A DNA stretch of 63,507 nt, the filler included, from Hausera hauseri (taxonomy: Eukaryota): assembly GCA_046269625.1 (NCBI GenBank). It is 11 parts of 11 records of this genome, joined end to end, with 100 filler letters (N's around TTAATTAATTAA, not from the genome) between each part and the next. Parts side by side here need not be neighbours in the genome. Positions count along the whole stretch, not along the records: positions 25,615 to 29,846 come from JBJURY010685994.1; positions 29,947 to 37,074 come from JBJURY010036890.1; positions 37,175 to 42,815 come from JBJURY010215410.1; 8 more parts are not named here. One strand, written 5' to 3'. Positions 25,615 to 37,920 of the stretch are shown in pieces (within the stretch, counting starts at the first letter, position 1; every line of letters starts with the position of its first letter). The translations under genes were made by a program, and so were the position numbers. Under the pieces are notes generated by a model that saw only the letters and a list, made by a program, of their open reading frames with translations, did not search any database and was not told where the DNA came from.

Positions 25615-26715
25615 CTTATCTTCGTCTTCTATTGTGTTGGTTTTACTCTCTTTTAGTTTTGCTCTAATCTTCTGTTGTAACTTTTCAATTGTTTCTTCAG
25701 GTTCTGTATCAGTAGTTTCGTGTTCGTTATCTGTATCTGATATATTGCCTACTATGTCAATATTCTTTTTCTTCTGGCTTGACTGTCCTTGATTGGGGCA
25801 GGTACGAGCCATGTGTCCATATCTTTGACACGCAAAACACAATGGTTGTCCATCTTGGTTAATTGGGAGTTTTCTCATTGTAGATTTTTGAGGTTGATTC
25901 TGCCAATTATTCTGAAGTGGCTTTTGCCATGTAACTTTCTTCTGAGTCTGTTGCTCCGGTTGATTTTGCTGCTTCTGAAATGGTTTTGGGAAACTTTTCT
26001 TTTGTTGAAAATTTTTCTGTTTCTTTTCATCATTCTTAAAGGACTTTTTTGCATTTTCAAGTCTCTCATAATTCACTTCAATTTTTCTAGCTTTACTAAC
26101 AGCTTCTTTGTAAGTATCCGGATCAGCGACAATAATGTAATTTTGGATTTCCTTATTAACTCCATAACAGAACTGAGCTAGGAGGGCATCTTCCCTTATA
26201 TCATCATCTGCGTAGGCTCTCTGAGCCAGTTTCTGAAGGGCACATGCATACTCTTGCACGGTTTCGCCTTTCCTCTGACGTCTTCTATTGAATTCTCCAA
26301 TTCGACCCTTTCCTGACGGGTCTACTAAGAGCCTTTCCTCTAGAGCGTCTTTAAGGCTAGCCCAATCAGCCTTATCTTCATCTTCTTTTATTTGAGTATA
26401 AGCACTAAGTGCTATGCCTTTAAGATGTAAAGGGAGCCGTTTGGTCCTATGCTCATCTGTCCACCCATAACTTTCAGAATACATTTCGTATTGCATAATA
26501 AACTCTGCGTAATCTTGGTCCGGCTTTGCCTCGTATTTTTCCATGGGTAACACCATCGTACTGTTTAGGTTACTGCCTAAACTAGTTCCAAGTCCTGAGG
26601 ACATTTCGGGATTCTGATTTTCTAACTGAAGATTTTCGTCTGATTCGGAACTACTCCGTGCCGAATCAGTGCGCGAATTTATGTTAGTAGCGTGTGCTTT
26701 ACGTTTCTTACGCAA
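25615..26715 (-). CDS. gag: Gag of a second Ty3/Gypsy family (capsid + CCHC zinc knuckle); first ATG at 26604; open to contig end
   Basis: YGWTD..LPLHLKGIA, RRQRKGETVQEY...LQKLA, LLAQFCYGV, CFACQRYGHMARTC. Confidence 0.9.
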
Positions 26716-26737
26716 AGAATACGACGCCAGTGTGCCT

Positions 26738-26754
26738 CCTCACTCGGGGCACCA
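26738..26754 (-). other. Primer-binding site TGGTGCCCCGAGTGAGG (elongator tRNA-Met-like)
   Basis: Follows the LTR end ...TATCA after 1 nt; complementary to a tRNA 3' end CCUCAC(U)CGGGGCACCA. Confidence 0.8.
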
Positions 26755-26755
26755 G

Positions 26756-27685
26756 TGATAAGTTTAGAAGGTGTAAAATTTATTTGGTCTTACGACCTTA
26801 AACTTATGCTATCAATTCTCAACTTGGGCCCTCTCCTTGTCCCAAGTTCGATTTAATTAGTTACAGTATTCGGCAGCCTGTGGGTCTGCCGAAATTTAGG
26901 AATTTTATTTAGTTACTTTTCCTTAATGTGTGAGTTCGGTCAGGAGGTACACCGACGTCACTCTCCCTGATTTATTATAATTTTGACAACCGACCTGTCT
27001 TAAAGGAAGGTATACCAAAAGGGACGTTTATAGTTTATTCTGAATTTTAGCTATTGCTATACAGTACACTTTACTTAAATTACTAATATAAATCAATAAA
27101 CCAAAAGATAAAACTAGACAATGAGAATTTTAATAAAATTGAATTTTATAAATTTTACATACAACAATCAAAATATATAACGAAACAAAAAAATAAAATA
27201 ATACGCTTACAGTTGTCATACGTAACGTTCATGATATAGCGAGGATCAGAATTGTAAAAATTTGTTGTGTCATAATGCAATCCATACCAGTATATATAGT
27301 TATCATTTAACAAAGGAAATTTACATAGTAAATAAAAATCAATTATTTTAAATTCAAGAAAAATAAAAAAAATCATTTTGTGACCACAAAAGAAATTAAA
27401 ATCAAGATTAGGTGAGTGTCTTTGTTTATTTTGTAATCACATTTCATTTAAATTGTTTATTTTTAGATCCGGATTCATTTCCGGTTTTCTTCGAAGATCC
27501 GGATTCATTTCCGGTTTGCTTGGACACACGAAACTTCACTTGCTTCTCATACACACACGACCAATCTCCGTCCTATTAACCGTGCGTGTGTAGCATTTTT
27601 ACTACTCCATGACTCATCCTCGAACCACTTCGTTTCTTTCCTTCCTGAGGGACGGGGTTGGCGCCATACGTTCACTTCTATCTAC
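26756..27685 (-). repeat. 5' LTR (~930 bp) of the second Gypsy family
   Basis: Ends in CA next to the PBS; outer boundary set by loss of similarity with 1-178; internal ~22-bp tandem duplication at ~27466-27520. Confidence 0.7.
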
Positions 27686-27939
27686 TTTGCTATCTATATA
27701 CTGACGTGTTTTTATAACCTTACAAACAAATGTGGTTATAAAATTTTGTAAACCTTCCCATTTTGTCCGGATTTTGGCACCGCGTCCTGCATATTACGTT
27801 GTTAAGAAAGTTTTAGCTTTATTTTAATTTTAACTGCTTTTTATATTTATTATATTTGTCATACTTTTTCAAAATGCAGTAACTTTACAGATATCAATTT
27901 GAAGCTCGTTTTCCGCTCTACCTATCTGTAATGTTACAT

Positions 27940-28830
27940 GAAACAGAGACAAAAAGCATTTTCACAATTTTCTTGTTCCAATTCAAAATAAGCCTGACAG
28001 TATTGGAAACAGTACGCAATATTTACAATGCGTTTGACCCAGAAACCACTAATGAACGTACTGTGCAATTGTGGTAGAAACAATTTCGTAGTGGTGTCGA
28101 GAGCCTTGAAGACAATAAGCGTATGGTTGGTCATCAGGTGTTTATAACGATTAATTGAGGGCCTTAGTCGACGACAATCCGTGTATAACTATTTCGAAGC
28201 TTGCGTCGGAATTAGGCGTATCGCACGTGACGATTTCCAACCATATGCAGAAAATTGGAAAGTCAGAAAATTTCGATAAATGGGCGCCGTACGAATTGAA
28301 TAAAATTTAAAAATATCATCGTTTTCAAGTGTCACCTGCACTTCTGCCCAGTAAAAAAGATCCGTTTTTAGACTGGATTGTAACGAGATTATAATTAGAT
28401 TCTTTCCGACAATCTGCGACACTTAACTCAATGCGTGAACTGCGACCAAGTTATACAACACTTTTCATTAGACTATTATGGTGACTGTTTAGTTGTCTAC
28501 GAATGGTCTAATCAATTACAACTACATTAATCCAGGCGAAATTGTCACGGTGGAAGTGTTTTCCTATAAATCGACGAAATACACCGAAAACGTTAGTCCA
28601 TGAATCCGACATTGGTTAACAGAAAATGTTCAAATCTTGTCCATAACGACAGACCCTAAAGAAGTTGAACGAAATAGGATACGAAACATTGCATCATAAA
28701 TCTAACTCGTCGGACCTCTAGCCAGCCGCCAACCACTTCAAGAATCTCGACAACTTCCTGTGTTTGAGTTACTTGAAAAACCAAAATGATGCCAAAAATG
28801 GCTTCAACGACTTCAAAAAAGTAATACCAA
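27940..28830 (+). mobile_element. Highly degenerate mariner transposase relic
   Basis: Fragments ETVRNIYNAF...NERTVQLW*KQFRSG.ESLED, KWAPYEL, PFLDWIVT, KLNEIGYETL, FKNLDNFL. Confidence 0.8.
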
Positions 28831-29846
28831 TGATTTTAGGAAACAAAAATGAAATATTCGACACTGACCGCACTGAAAAAAATGACTCAGTCGAGCATAT
28901 ATTGACTCTACCAGTCAATACTTTCATTTCTCCATTTTCGCAGATTAATCGATGAATTTTCAACGAATATCTGTTTTAATAGTTTAGATTATCGGATCAC
29001 TCACTGTTTGTTCTGTGTTCCCTTGACTGGAAGAAAAAAATCCCAGCGTCTCGAGTTTGAGGGTTTCCCAGTGAGCTCTGTACACATCAGAAGAAAACCA
29101 AAAGTGCGTGATTAAGATATGGAGCTGGCGTGGTTATGTTTGACATCTGTGTCCGGGAAATTTTATCCGGGAAGATGTTTTGTTTGGTTTATTATCATAG
29201 ACACTGACAAGAGGAATCAGGTTAAAAATGCGTGAGTGAGCTTCAGGAGTATCTGTAGAGGAAAGCTGATAACATAACTCACAAACATATTTCTTGGAGA
29301 GCTGACGTGGATGTCATGGATAATAAGTTGGTGACGGCAGCTTGGATGCCTTTCACAACTTGTTAAACGGTTTTAAACAACACACGATGCAGAACATTAA
29401 AAAAAAGTATTTATCAATTACTTTTGTGGTTTACTCTCCTTGTAGAGTGCAGCAGTGACTGTCGACTAAGCAATGTTTCGCAGACAATTTTTGTAATAAG
29501 ATCCTTTCGTATTGGTCCCATGTCATGACATCGTGATTTTCTATGACATAATTTGGGTTTTAATTGTCTGAGATATAATCATCAAATTGGTTGAAGTGTG
29601 TTCTCTTGAGCTGTTTTTAACTGGAACCAGCATTTTAAAGTCATTAAATGGAAGTGGTTAAATCCTGAAAGCTTTGTAATATGACAGACGCCGATGAAAT
29701 GACCGAACCCTCCGTTGTGTTGGACTTTTCTGGATCAGGTTTTTCATCATGACTTTTAATGAGTGATAGATGCTTTTAAAATCACGGTTAAGTAGAAGTA
29801 TATAAGTAAAAATAAAAGTACAAGCACTTAAAAAAACTGCTCAGTT

Positions 29847-29946
29847 NNNNNNNNNNNNNNNNNNNNNNNNNNNNNNNNNNNNNNNNNNNNTTAATTAATT
29901 AANNNNNNNNNNNNNNNNNNNNNNNNNNNNNNNNNNNNNNNNNNNN
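29847..29946. other. Assembly linker
   Basis: 100 bp N-TTAATTAATTAA-N. Confidence 0.97.
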
Positions 29947-30089
29947 TGACTAAGCAAGTATCAGCTAGTAGTACTAGAATCTGCTTTATTTGTTAACACA
30001 AGAGCTGCCAGATCTTTTTTAGTTGCCAGAAAGTATCATGCTAAGTCTGCAAGACTATGAAGACAGGGTTAGCTGAATTTATATACACA

Positions 30090-30235
30090 GAATATTTAAA
30101 ATTTCTCAGGTACATAATTTTTAGGTTCAGCCCAGGAGCCATTTTGGTCAAAAATATTCAATCCACCACAGCGGGGATTGAACCCATGACAATGCAGTCA
30201 TCATGTGGGTTCAGTAATCACTACGCTGTCATGGC
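30090..30235 (-). mobile_element. Possible tRNA-derived SINE head
   Basis: Minus strand has A-box-like CAGCGTAGTG and B-box GGTTCAATCCC at tRNA spacing, followed by a non-tRNA body. Confidence 0.4.
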
Positions 30236-32542
30236 TCATGCATTTATGTGCTTGTCTAAATGTGTTGGTTCCCATGACACATCTGTTTTCAACCCAGGGT
30301 GTGTACCAGGACATTCATATATGTTTGTGATAAAAAACTGAGTAATGGCAGAATATAACAGTTAAATAGTAGCATTTATATACTTGCATACAAGTTGCGA
30401 ATACTAGGGGTATAGTTTGTGGAAAATAGCTGACAGTTAGAAAAGGTTGGGAACCATTGCTATAAAGACATAAAATTTTGACGTTTACAATAAGTTTATC
30501 CTGAATTACAAGAGAATGGATAGAAAAAGTGTTCAGTGAAATTAAAATATGGCATAGAAACAATGTATTTTTCTATGGCATTTGAGCTATTTTTTCACTA
30601 ACACTAGAAAACTTATCTTTTCTTCAATGAACAATAAAAAAGCATAACAGTCCTCATTCATCAAGATTTCCTGCTTACTTTCAAAGTTCAAGCTGGTACA
30701 GATGTTTTTTTTGGTTTTACCTTCATTTATACAGGGAAATCTTAATGAGTGCAGTTCCCTTGTTCATTTGCACCCTGCGTACAAACAAAATCAAGTGAAA
30801 AAGAACAAAACAGAACAAAACAGACCAAGCATGTCAGAAACAGACAAGTTTCGACAAAACTACGAGAAAATTGATCTATTCAATATGGACACTCCCGTAA
30901 CATGTGATCAAACCCCGGTCCAAACGGAAACACATATTACCCCGACGCCCGTAATTCCGGAAACGAAACGTACAACCATACGCAATCAAAGCCCTGCCGC
31001 AATGGTATCAAGTCGCACCAGGAGTGCATCAAAGATACTTAGGCTTCATTAAAACCCGACAGGCTCGACAGAAAGAGTACCCAATTGCACGCAGCATGTT
31101 CGTCGCAACAAAGCAGGTGGGGATCAAACCCACAGTGACGAATCGGCACTCGCTCATACCGCTTCTAATAAGCTACGAGCACGCCACACACAATTAGGTG
31201 ACTAACTAGAAGCTCGACGATAAACCCCACAATTTTCGATTTGACACAGTTGGCAACAACAATCGTTGACCCCTTACAAAAGTAGCATTGTGCACAACCC
31301 CTTCATGGTCTCATTTCGTTGTCAGCTTTGACACGAAAAACTCTAACGAGCAAACGAAATACCCCATTTCGATCGGAACACACGCGGAAGTTCTTTTCCC
31401 AGATCGCCGTCATATATTGGTATCAAAATGTCATATAGAATATCAGAGATTTTACTATTTTCCATTTAAATTTACAAAGAATGGATAAATTACTAAAATC
31501 TAAAATTCTTATTTGAACGTGGGAACACGGAACAACTGCCGAAAATATTCTATTTTTAGAAATCAGCAAAAAAACAGCATTTCGCAGTGAAATCAGTCCC
31601 TGTACATACAATAAATAAACTATATAGTATACAAACTTTTTTCAATTCATATATGTATGTGTACATATATCACTTTATTTTGACGTTTATACAGAGAAGA
31701 TTACACTGTTCCTCAGGTATTTTGATTTTCTTCCGGCCGGCAACACCAAAATGTACTTCAATTTCGATAGCATTTTATGTGTTTGGAATATGGAAAAACC
31801 AAACACATTGGTCGGAAGCTGTTGAATTGCTGCATTTTTACATATATACAGTTGCAATTTAGCAACAATTTAAAACCTCCGAAAAATTAATCTCAAGAAA
31901 TAAACTTCTCAAAAATTACATTCCGCTGCAATTTGAAATGACTGAATAAATTAAATAAAATATGTTGCCGATCGGAAGTAAAATCGATATTTTTAAAAGT
32001 AAATTACTATTACAATTTAAGGAACTTGAACGTGAAAATAGCCAATGATTTGTATATATTAATAAAATCCCAGTAATTACCTTGAATAAATATTGCTAAT
32101 GCAAAAAGAAAATAGTCCATTATCGCTACTGGCAATAGAACTGATATTCTATGATTGCTACTGGAAATGTGACTGTCATAAGAAAATTCTTTGTCAGTAG
32201 GCTGTCAACAGTAGGACGATTTATACCCGCACAATTTCCTGAATCTCGTTTATCCTCGTTTTGAAGATATTGACTCCGTTTACGTGCGAGTGACACGAAT
32301 TGTTTCGTAGAAAAAAATTTATCATAACATCCTGTCGAAATACTTCGGTCTCGGACAGGTCATAGGTCCGGACGCTAGGATTAACGACTTCAATGTGATT
32401 GAGGATGGATCATTGAAAACCTGCAAAAGAAATGAAAGAAGTTATGTTTGCGACCATGTCTCGATTCAAGGATCCTACGGACTGGGCAGCAGACTTTTCA
32501 TTTGTGAACTATGGGTAACAATTTAAGCAAGATTCTGAATAA

Positions 32543-32819
32543 GTCTATTCTACTGACAAACTTAAGAGTAGGAATTATTAAAATGAAATTCTATTTTTTA
32601 AATGTGAAATATACTCATTGTTTATGACAACTTGTTTTGCTTATTCACAGTTAAGCAAGATTGTGAATAATTCATTGTAAATGTGAAACATACTCATTGT
32701 TTATTACAACTTGTTTTGCTTATTCACAGTTAAGTAGGATAATTTTGCTATATTAGAAAAAATAATTTTTGCATAAAACAAAACGTCCTGTCGATGATTC
32801 CTTTTAACTCTCTACGTTG
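32543..32819. repeat. Dispersed ~200-bp repeat, copy 1 (with internal duplication)
   Basis: Matches 33491-33686 by eye. Confidence 0.8.
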
Positions 32820-33490
32820 GCCCGCTACAAGTGAGTTTTGTAGAACTTACTAAACTGACTTTTGTCAACATACATAGTACCCAATCTTTTGTTAGAACGA
32901 TAGGTGAGTTGGAGGCAGAGGGAACAATGTCCACTAGCCACTGCACTCTACGTGAGTGCACCATGTGAAATGACTTTTCACCTGTAAACTCTGAGCAGCA
33001 ACTTAAGCAAGATTGTGAATAAGTCATTTTAAAAATTATTCTAACTATAATACGACTAATTAAGTACTTGGTACGACTAAGCTTAAATACATCAAGTACA
33101 TAAGCTACACTAGTTAAAACAAAAAGAAATAAAAATACATCACAGACAAGCACTCTTACTAATATGCATTCATTAGCTTAATGTATTATTTGATTCTTCC
33201 TGCATGTGGCAATCGCATATCAGTGCCACTAACAGGAAGCGAGGACATAAGTCTTCTCAATTTGAGATGCATCTAAATTTCTAACGAAAAATCCATTTGA
33301 AATGGCAAAATTTTTAGTACTTTTAACATGTATAATTAGCATGTGAACAAAAATCAGCTTAAAATATTATATTTATTTTTATGTAAATGTTTCTAAAACA
33401 GTTTTACAGAATTTTCAATCATATGAAATTCTCAATATGCGTTTATTTATGGAAAATTATTGAACAATAAAATTAATAATAATGAAGTTT

Positions 33491-33686
33491 GTCTATCCTA
33501 CTGACAAACGTAACAGTAGGATATATCAAAATGAAATTCTATATTTTAAATGTGAAATCTACTCAGTGTTTATGACAACTTGTTTCGTTTATTTACAGTT
33601 AAGTAGTATAATTTTGCTATATTGGAAAAAATAATTTTTACATGAAACAAAACGTCCTGGCGATGCTTCCTTTTAACTCTGCGTTG
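33491..33686. repeat. Dispersed ~200-bp repeat, copy 2
   Basis: Begins with hairpin CCTACTG-n10-CAGTAGG; matches 32543-32819. Confidence 0.8.
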
Positions 33687-33899
33687 ACTGCTTCAACGAC
33701 ACAGGCTAAACCACCAAAATTATAATGTCCAACCTTCTTCATACGTTTGGGCGGAACGCCATTAAAGTGGTTCCATGTGTTTGAAACATGGGCTACTCAA
33801 TGCAGCATCACTGGCCAACTAAACAAAAGATGGAATACACTATAATACCATCCTGAATGGTTGTCCACGCCCAATTCTGGCAGCAAACCTACGGAAATG

Positions 33900-34128
33900 G
33901 GCGTTTGACACCATTCACAACATCCATCACCCTGGATCAAAAGCCACAGCTCGCTTATTGAGCAGCAGAGTTTGTTGGCCTCGCATGCTAAGCGATATAA
34001 AGCGGTGGACAAAAGAATGTTTACTTTGCCAACAATACAAAGTCAACAAGACTATACAACCCCCAATCCTACACTATCCTTCTGGCTCACGGTTTGAAAC
34101 CATACACATGGACATAGTAGGACCACGT
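33900..34128 (+). pseudogene. Gypsy (CsRn1-like) integrase fragment
   Basis: PGSKAT..L.SRVCWPRM..DIKRWTKECLLCQQYKV...RFETIHMDIVGP. Confidence 0.85.
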
Positions 34129-34965
34129 AAATTAAAAATTACATACGTATACATGTTAAATGAATGACTAATTGAATTACTTTGATACTTTTTCTACCAA
34201 TTTTTCACTCATTGAAATATCGCATTGTGATATCGTATTAATTGTGTGAACAATAATGTTTTTTAATTCATTTTGTGACATTTGCCGTAACTTTTCGGCA
34301 GAATCATTTTCATGCGAGAAAATTTATGAATGGAAAGGAGTGTCACTGCATTGATGAGTGGCAGAGCATCCTCCTCTGACATTTTCATGTGGGCGGAGGC
34401 GTCATAGGCGTTTGGGAAAAGTATTTTAAAGAGGGACCAGAATATATACAAGGAGTTGCATCTAAGAGTGGCATGATAGCCCCAGTAATCCATTTCGTCG
34501 GTGGAGAATTAAGTAGCTACATCGGTTTTTCTAAGAGCTTGTTTTGTAAAGTTGTTAAGGTCCTTAGTCATGTTTTGCAGTGGTGTGTCGCATAATGATT
34601 TTACAATGTCTGAAAAGCTTTTACGAGGTAGGCCAAAAGATTCGGAAGATATTTGTGTAGTGTCTGCTAAATAGGAGGGTGAAGAGGAGCTGCTTGCAGA
34701 AGATTTTTGGCTACTTGAAGACGAGATGGTCAGGATGTCATCATCTGTGTTATCACCTATTCTATTTGTCTGCTTGGAGTAGATGGTGACAGGGTTTTCT
34801 AATTTAGAGGTATGTGCGACTAGTGTTTGTGGTGGGGCATTGATTGTGGCAATATTAAATTCTATTTTGTTGCAGTATATTTGGGTGTTATTACCGTAAT
34901 TTTATCTATATGTGTAAATTCATGTTTTGTAAATGTTAGTTTCGGGTAGGGTATAGGTCCATGAC

Positions 34966-35900
34966 TTAATTGCCAACCCGAGTTTCCCCCTTATTAGGTT
35001 TAGACGGTAGGGGGTTGTTTGAAGTATCGTCGGGAAATTTCGGAGCTTTGAAGGATTTTAAAAGTTCACACAGAGACGTTTCGGAAGAGGTGGTAGCATC
35101 AGATAGTAGGGTCAGGAAGTTAAGAACGCTCCGACTATCTGGAAAGTATATTATTTTGTGCTTATCTGGAGCACTGTTGTACTTCCCTAAGAACCTATTC
35201 AGGAAGTCAGAAGCCCTCAGCTTTAGTCTGTTATTTTTAAAGTACACTGATTCATTCACGTAGGTGCTATTGCTCTTGTAGAAGAAGTATCTAAGAGCTT
35301 TAGCAGTGGATACATACGTAGAGAGTGCACTATGGGTTGAGGAGAGTGCACCATTCTGTGGCCAGGTGAAGCGCGCGTTAGGTTTGTTGATCTGTTTAGG
35401 TGTCTGCTGTGGCATTAGTGTAGTTTTATTGTTAATTGGAATAGGTTGTAATGTGTGTAAGTCTGCTTTGTTAGGTTGTAGTTTTTCTGGGAGTAATTCG
35501 GTCGAAATGGGGCTATTCCTATAGATGTTGGTCCTTAATATTTTGATCTTGTTGGATAAGATGTCAAGTGATTTTAGTGAGTTGGCTGTTGTTGCATTAG
35601 AAAGGAGGCTGAGGAAGGAGAGAATTTGGCTTTTTGATTTGAACGACGCTGAGGTATATAAGTTTGAACTTTCCTTATATTTATTTATAAATTCGTTGGC
35701 AAATTTAATTGCTTGCTTTTTAAGGTTGGTATCCTTTTTCACGACCGATTGACCGACCATGGCACTTAATCCCTTCTTGAAGAAGTAGCGTAGCGTTTGA
35801 ACTGAGGAAACGTATTAATTGACTCTCGTGTCAGAATTGACAAGAGCGTTCTCAAGAGGCCAGGTGAAGTAGGGAGTGGGGGATAATTTACTCCTATCCA
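34966..35900 (-). pseudogene. Unknown protein with tandem-duplicated ~110-aa domain; one in-frame stop upstream of 35760
   Basis: FTWP...YVS...LRYFF...LK..A..F.N.F..KY...FL.LLS.ATT occurs twice. Confidence 0.6.
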
Positions 35901-36006
35901 TGTTAACGTAGTTGGTAGGTTTTTTCATAAGTAGTCGTTCTAGATCTGCCAGGATGATGGATGCCACCGGTGGTAAGGTGATTTTCGTATTGTAGATGAA
36001 GTCTTC

Positions 36007-36414
36007 TTAATCCTCATCTATGATGTACCTTTTGTTATCTGTGTCTTTGACAGTCTGATCCTGTTTTGTTTGAATTTTGTTGCGCTCATGGTACATTTTA
36101 CAGGCTTTAACACATTCTAAGATGAAGGTTTTGATTGTGGTGTACAAAGGCTTAGTCGAGAAGTTGACAGTAAAGGTGACCAGGTCAGCCAAGGGAACAT
36201 AGTCCAAGGCGAGGGTTATTGTTTCAACATATTTGACGAGGAAGTGCTTTTTGTTGATTTTTCCTATTTTGAATAATTGCGTATGCCTATGTTCTTGTAG
36301 TTTAGATTTTATTTCGGCTATACTGTTTTTGAGGGATGCCCTTTCTGTCTCATTAAGTTTCGTGATCGGGAAGAAAATCCATGCGCATGTGCCATTATGA
36401 AGGAAACCTAACAA
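36007..36414 (-). CDS. Hypothetical protein
   Basis: Open frame only; same strand and composition as neighbouring ORFs. Confidence 0.3.
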   Translation of the reverse strand: MLGFLHNGTCAWIFFPITKLNETERASLKNSIAEIKSKLQEHRHTQLFKIGKINKKHFLVKYVETITLALDYVPLADLVTFTVNFSTKPLYTTIKTFILECVKACKMYHERNKIQTKQDQTVKDTDNKRYIIDED

Positions 36415-36423
36415 GTCGGAAGT

Positions 36424-37020
36424 TCAATCTAGGACTGAGTAGATTTCTTTCTGTTGGTCTTTATTTTTAGGTGAAGCTTTGTCCGAAACTTGTTTGACGT
36501 TTTCACTATTAGTCTGCATTGCTGTGGTTACCATCCGAGGTGTGGGCGTTTGTGTGAATTTAGATTGCATCTTGGTTGTTATGGACCTATGTCTACGGAT
36601 TGAATTTAGCGGTTGAGGTGGAGGCTGAATGACAATAGGTCTGGGTGACGGCGGAAGAGTTAAAAAATGGTAGTGTGACCAGGAGTATTGTAACGGAAGG
36701 TCAGGGAAGTAACCTCCACCCAATACAGAAAGGTTACGCTTAATAACTTCAAAAGGTTTGTATTTAGATCGCAAGTACTGGGCGTAGAGAACCAAGATAT
36801 ACGACTTAATATGGGCCATTTGCTCTGTATAGAAGTGCCTAGAAGATATATATATATATATAGTATACAGGAACCGTGTTTGTTCAAGTGTACGCCTAAC
36901 ATTACAGTGTGAGGAGAGGAAGAAGAGTGGTTTGTGGGAATGTTTGAAGGTATCATGTAAATTAGGTAGGAAGGAGAGACAATGTGTAGTGTTCCTCATT
37001 CCTATTAGGTATCTAAGCAC
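36424..37020 (-). CDS. Hypothetical protein (Pro/Thr-rich C-half; likely ATG at internal MAHIKSY)
   Basis: Open frame only. Confidence 0.3.
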   Translation of the reverse strand: MLRYLIGMRNTTHCLSFLPNLHDTFKHSHKPLFFLSSHCNVRRTLEQTRFLYTIYIYISSRHFYTEQMAHIKSYILVLYAQYLRSKYKPFEVIKRNLSVLGGGYFPDLPLQYSWSHYHFLTLPPSPRPIVIQPPPQPLNSIRRHRSITTKMQSKFTQTPTPRMVTTAMQTNSENVKQVSDKASPKNKDQQKEIYSVLD

Positions 37021-37074
37021 AGCCAGCTCGGTCTCGGACAGGTCATAGGTCCGGCCGCCAGGAAAGAAAGAAAG

Positions 37075-37174
37075 NNNNNNNNNNNNNNNNNNNNNNNNNN
37101 NNNNNNNNNNNNNNNNNNTTAATTAATTAANNNNNNNNNNNNNNNNNNNNNNNNNNNNNNNNNNNNNNNNNNNN
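37075..37174. other. Assembly linker
   Basis: 100 bp N-TTAATTAATTAA-N. Confidence 0.97.
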
Positions 37175-37920
37175 AATCGATAACCCAATTTGCTTTTGCC
37201 TTAAAGAAACTGGCAAACAGTTATGTGAGCACCTTAAGGATTTCAAACATAGCCAAGGCTAAAAATGAAGCAGAACGTGAAGCCGAAGAAAAGTCAAGTC
37301 CTCCCGATTTGGACGTCATGATGATGACGCAGTTACTAAATGGTATTTGGTCTAAAGACATAGTAAAGCAATTGATTCTAGAACGTCCCGAGAATTTTGA
37401 TAGGACGTTGCAATTAGCTCAGGACTTGGAGATGTCATAGGATAGATATGCCAGAAACAATGATAGATATGATCGAAATAATGGCCAAGCTGATCGAAGT
37501 CATAGGAATCGCAATAATAGAAATGATAGACGATATAATAAGAATTATGGAGATCTGAACAGGAATGATAATTGTGACCGTAGGAACGATCGATACAATA
37601 ATTAGAATTTTGGTCGAAACAGCCCATTTAGCAAATTAAACTACAATGCGGACAGATACGCAGACTGTCCAAAAAACTTTAATAATTAAAGTCGACAGAA
37701 GGACAATCGGAATTATGATAATCTCCAATATGGACAACCAAGACAGGCTCCACCGCAGCAAACTTACAATAGAAATCCGAGTAGATCTAAATCTCCATTA
37801 AATAAAAATGGCCGTCAAAGAGTTGGAAGAAATGGCAATTTATTCTGTTTTACATGTGGACAAGAATGACATATAGCGAGGTCCTGTCCGAATCCGCGAA
37901 GCGTCTCGTTTGTGGAACCC
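37175..37920 (+). pseudogene. gag: Gag C-terminal part (capsid C-domain, R/N/D-rich tract, CCHC knuckle)
   Basis: ITQFAFALKKLA, QLLNG..L...PENF...LQLAQDLE, CFTCGQE*HIARSC at ~37845. Confidence 0.8.

Noticed and set aside
25615-26715. Gag of the chu-Gypsy family
   Set aside because: Sequence around and after its knuckle differs from that in copies 3 and 5; treated as a separate family
28990-29846. Possible decayed transposon coding sequence
   Set aside because: No identifiable motif on either strand
30702-31190. Possible Gypsy integrase C-terminal tail followed by a B-box-like sequence
   Set aside because: Only compositional resemblance (P/T-rich, RTRS..KPDRL); insufficient support
32325-32380. 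Hammerhead ribozyme (GAAA-stem-TC pattern)
   Set aside because: No CTGANGA core found at the required position on either strand
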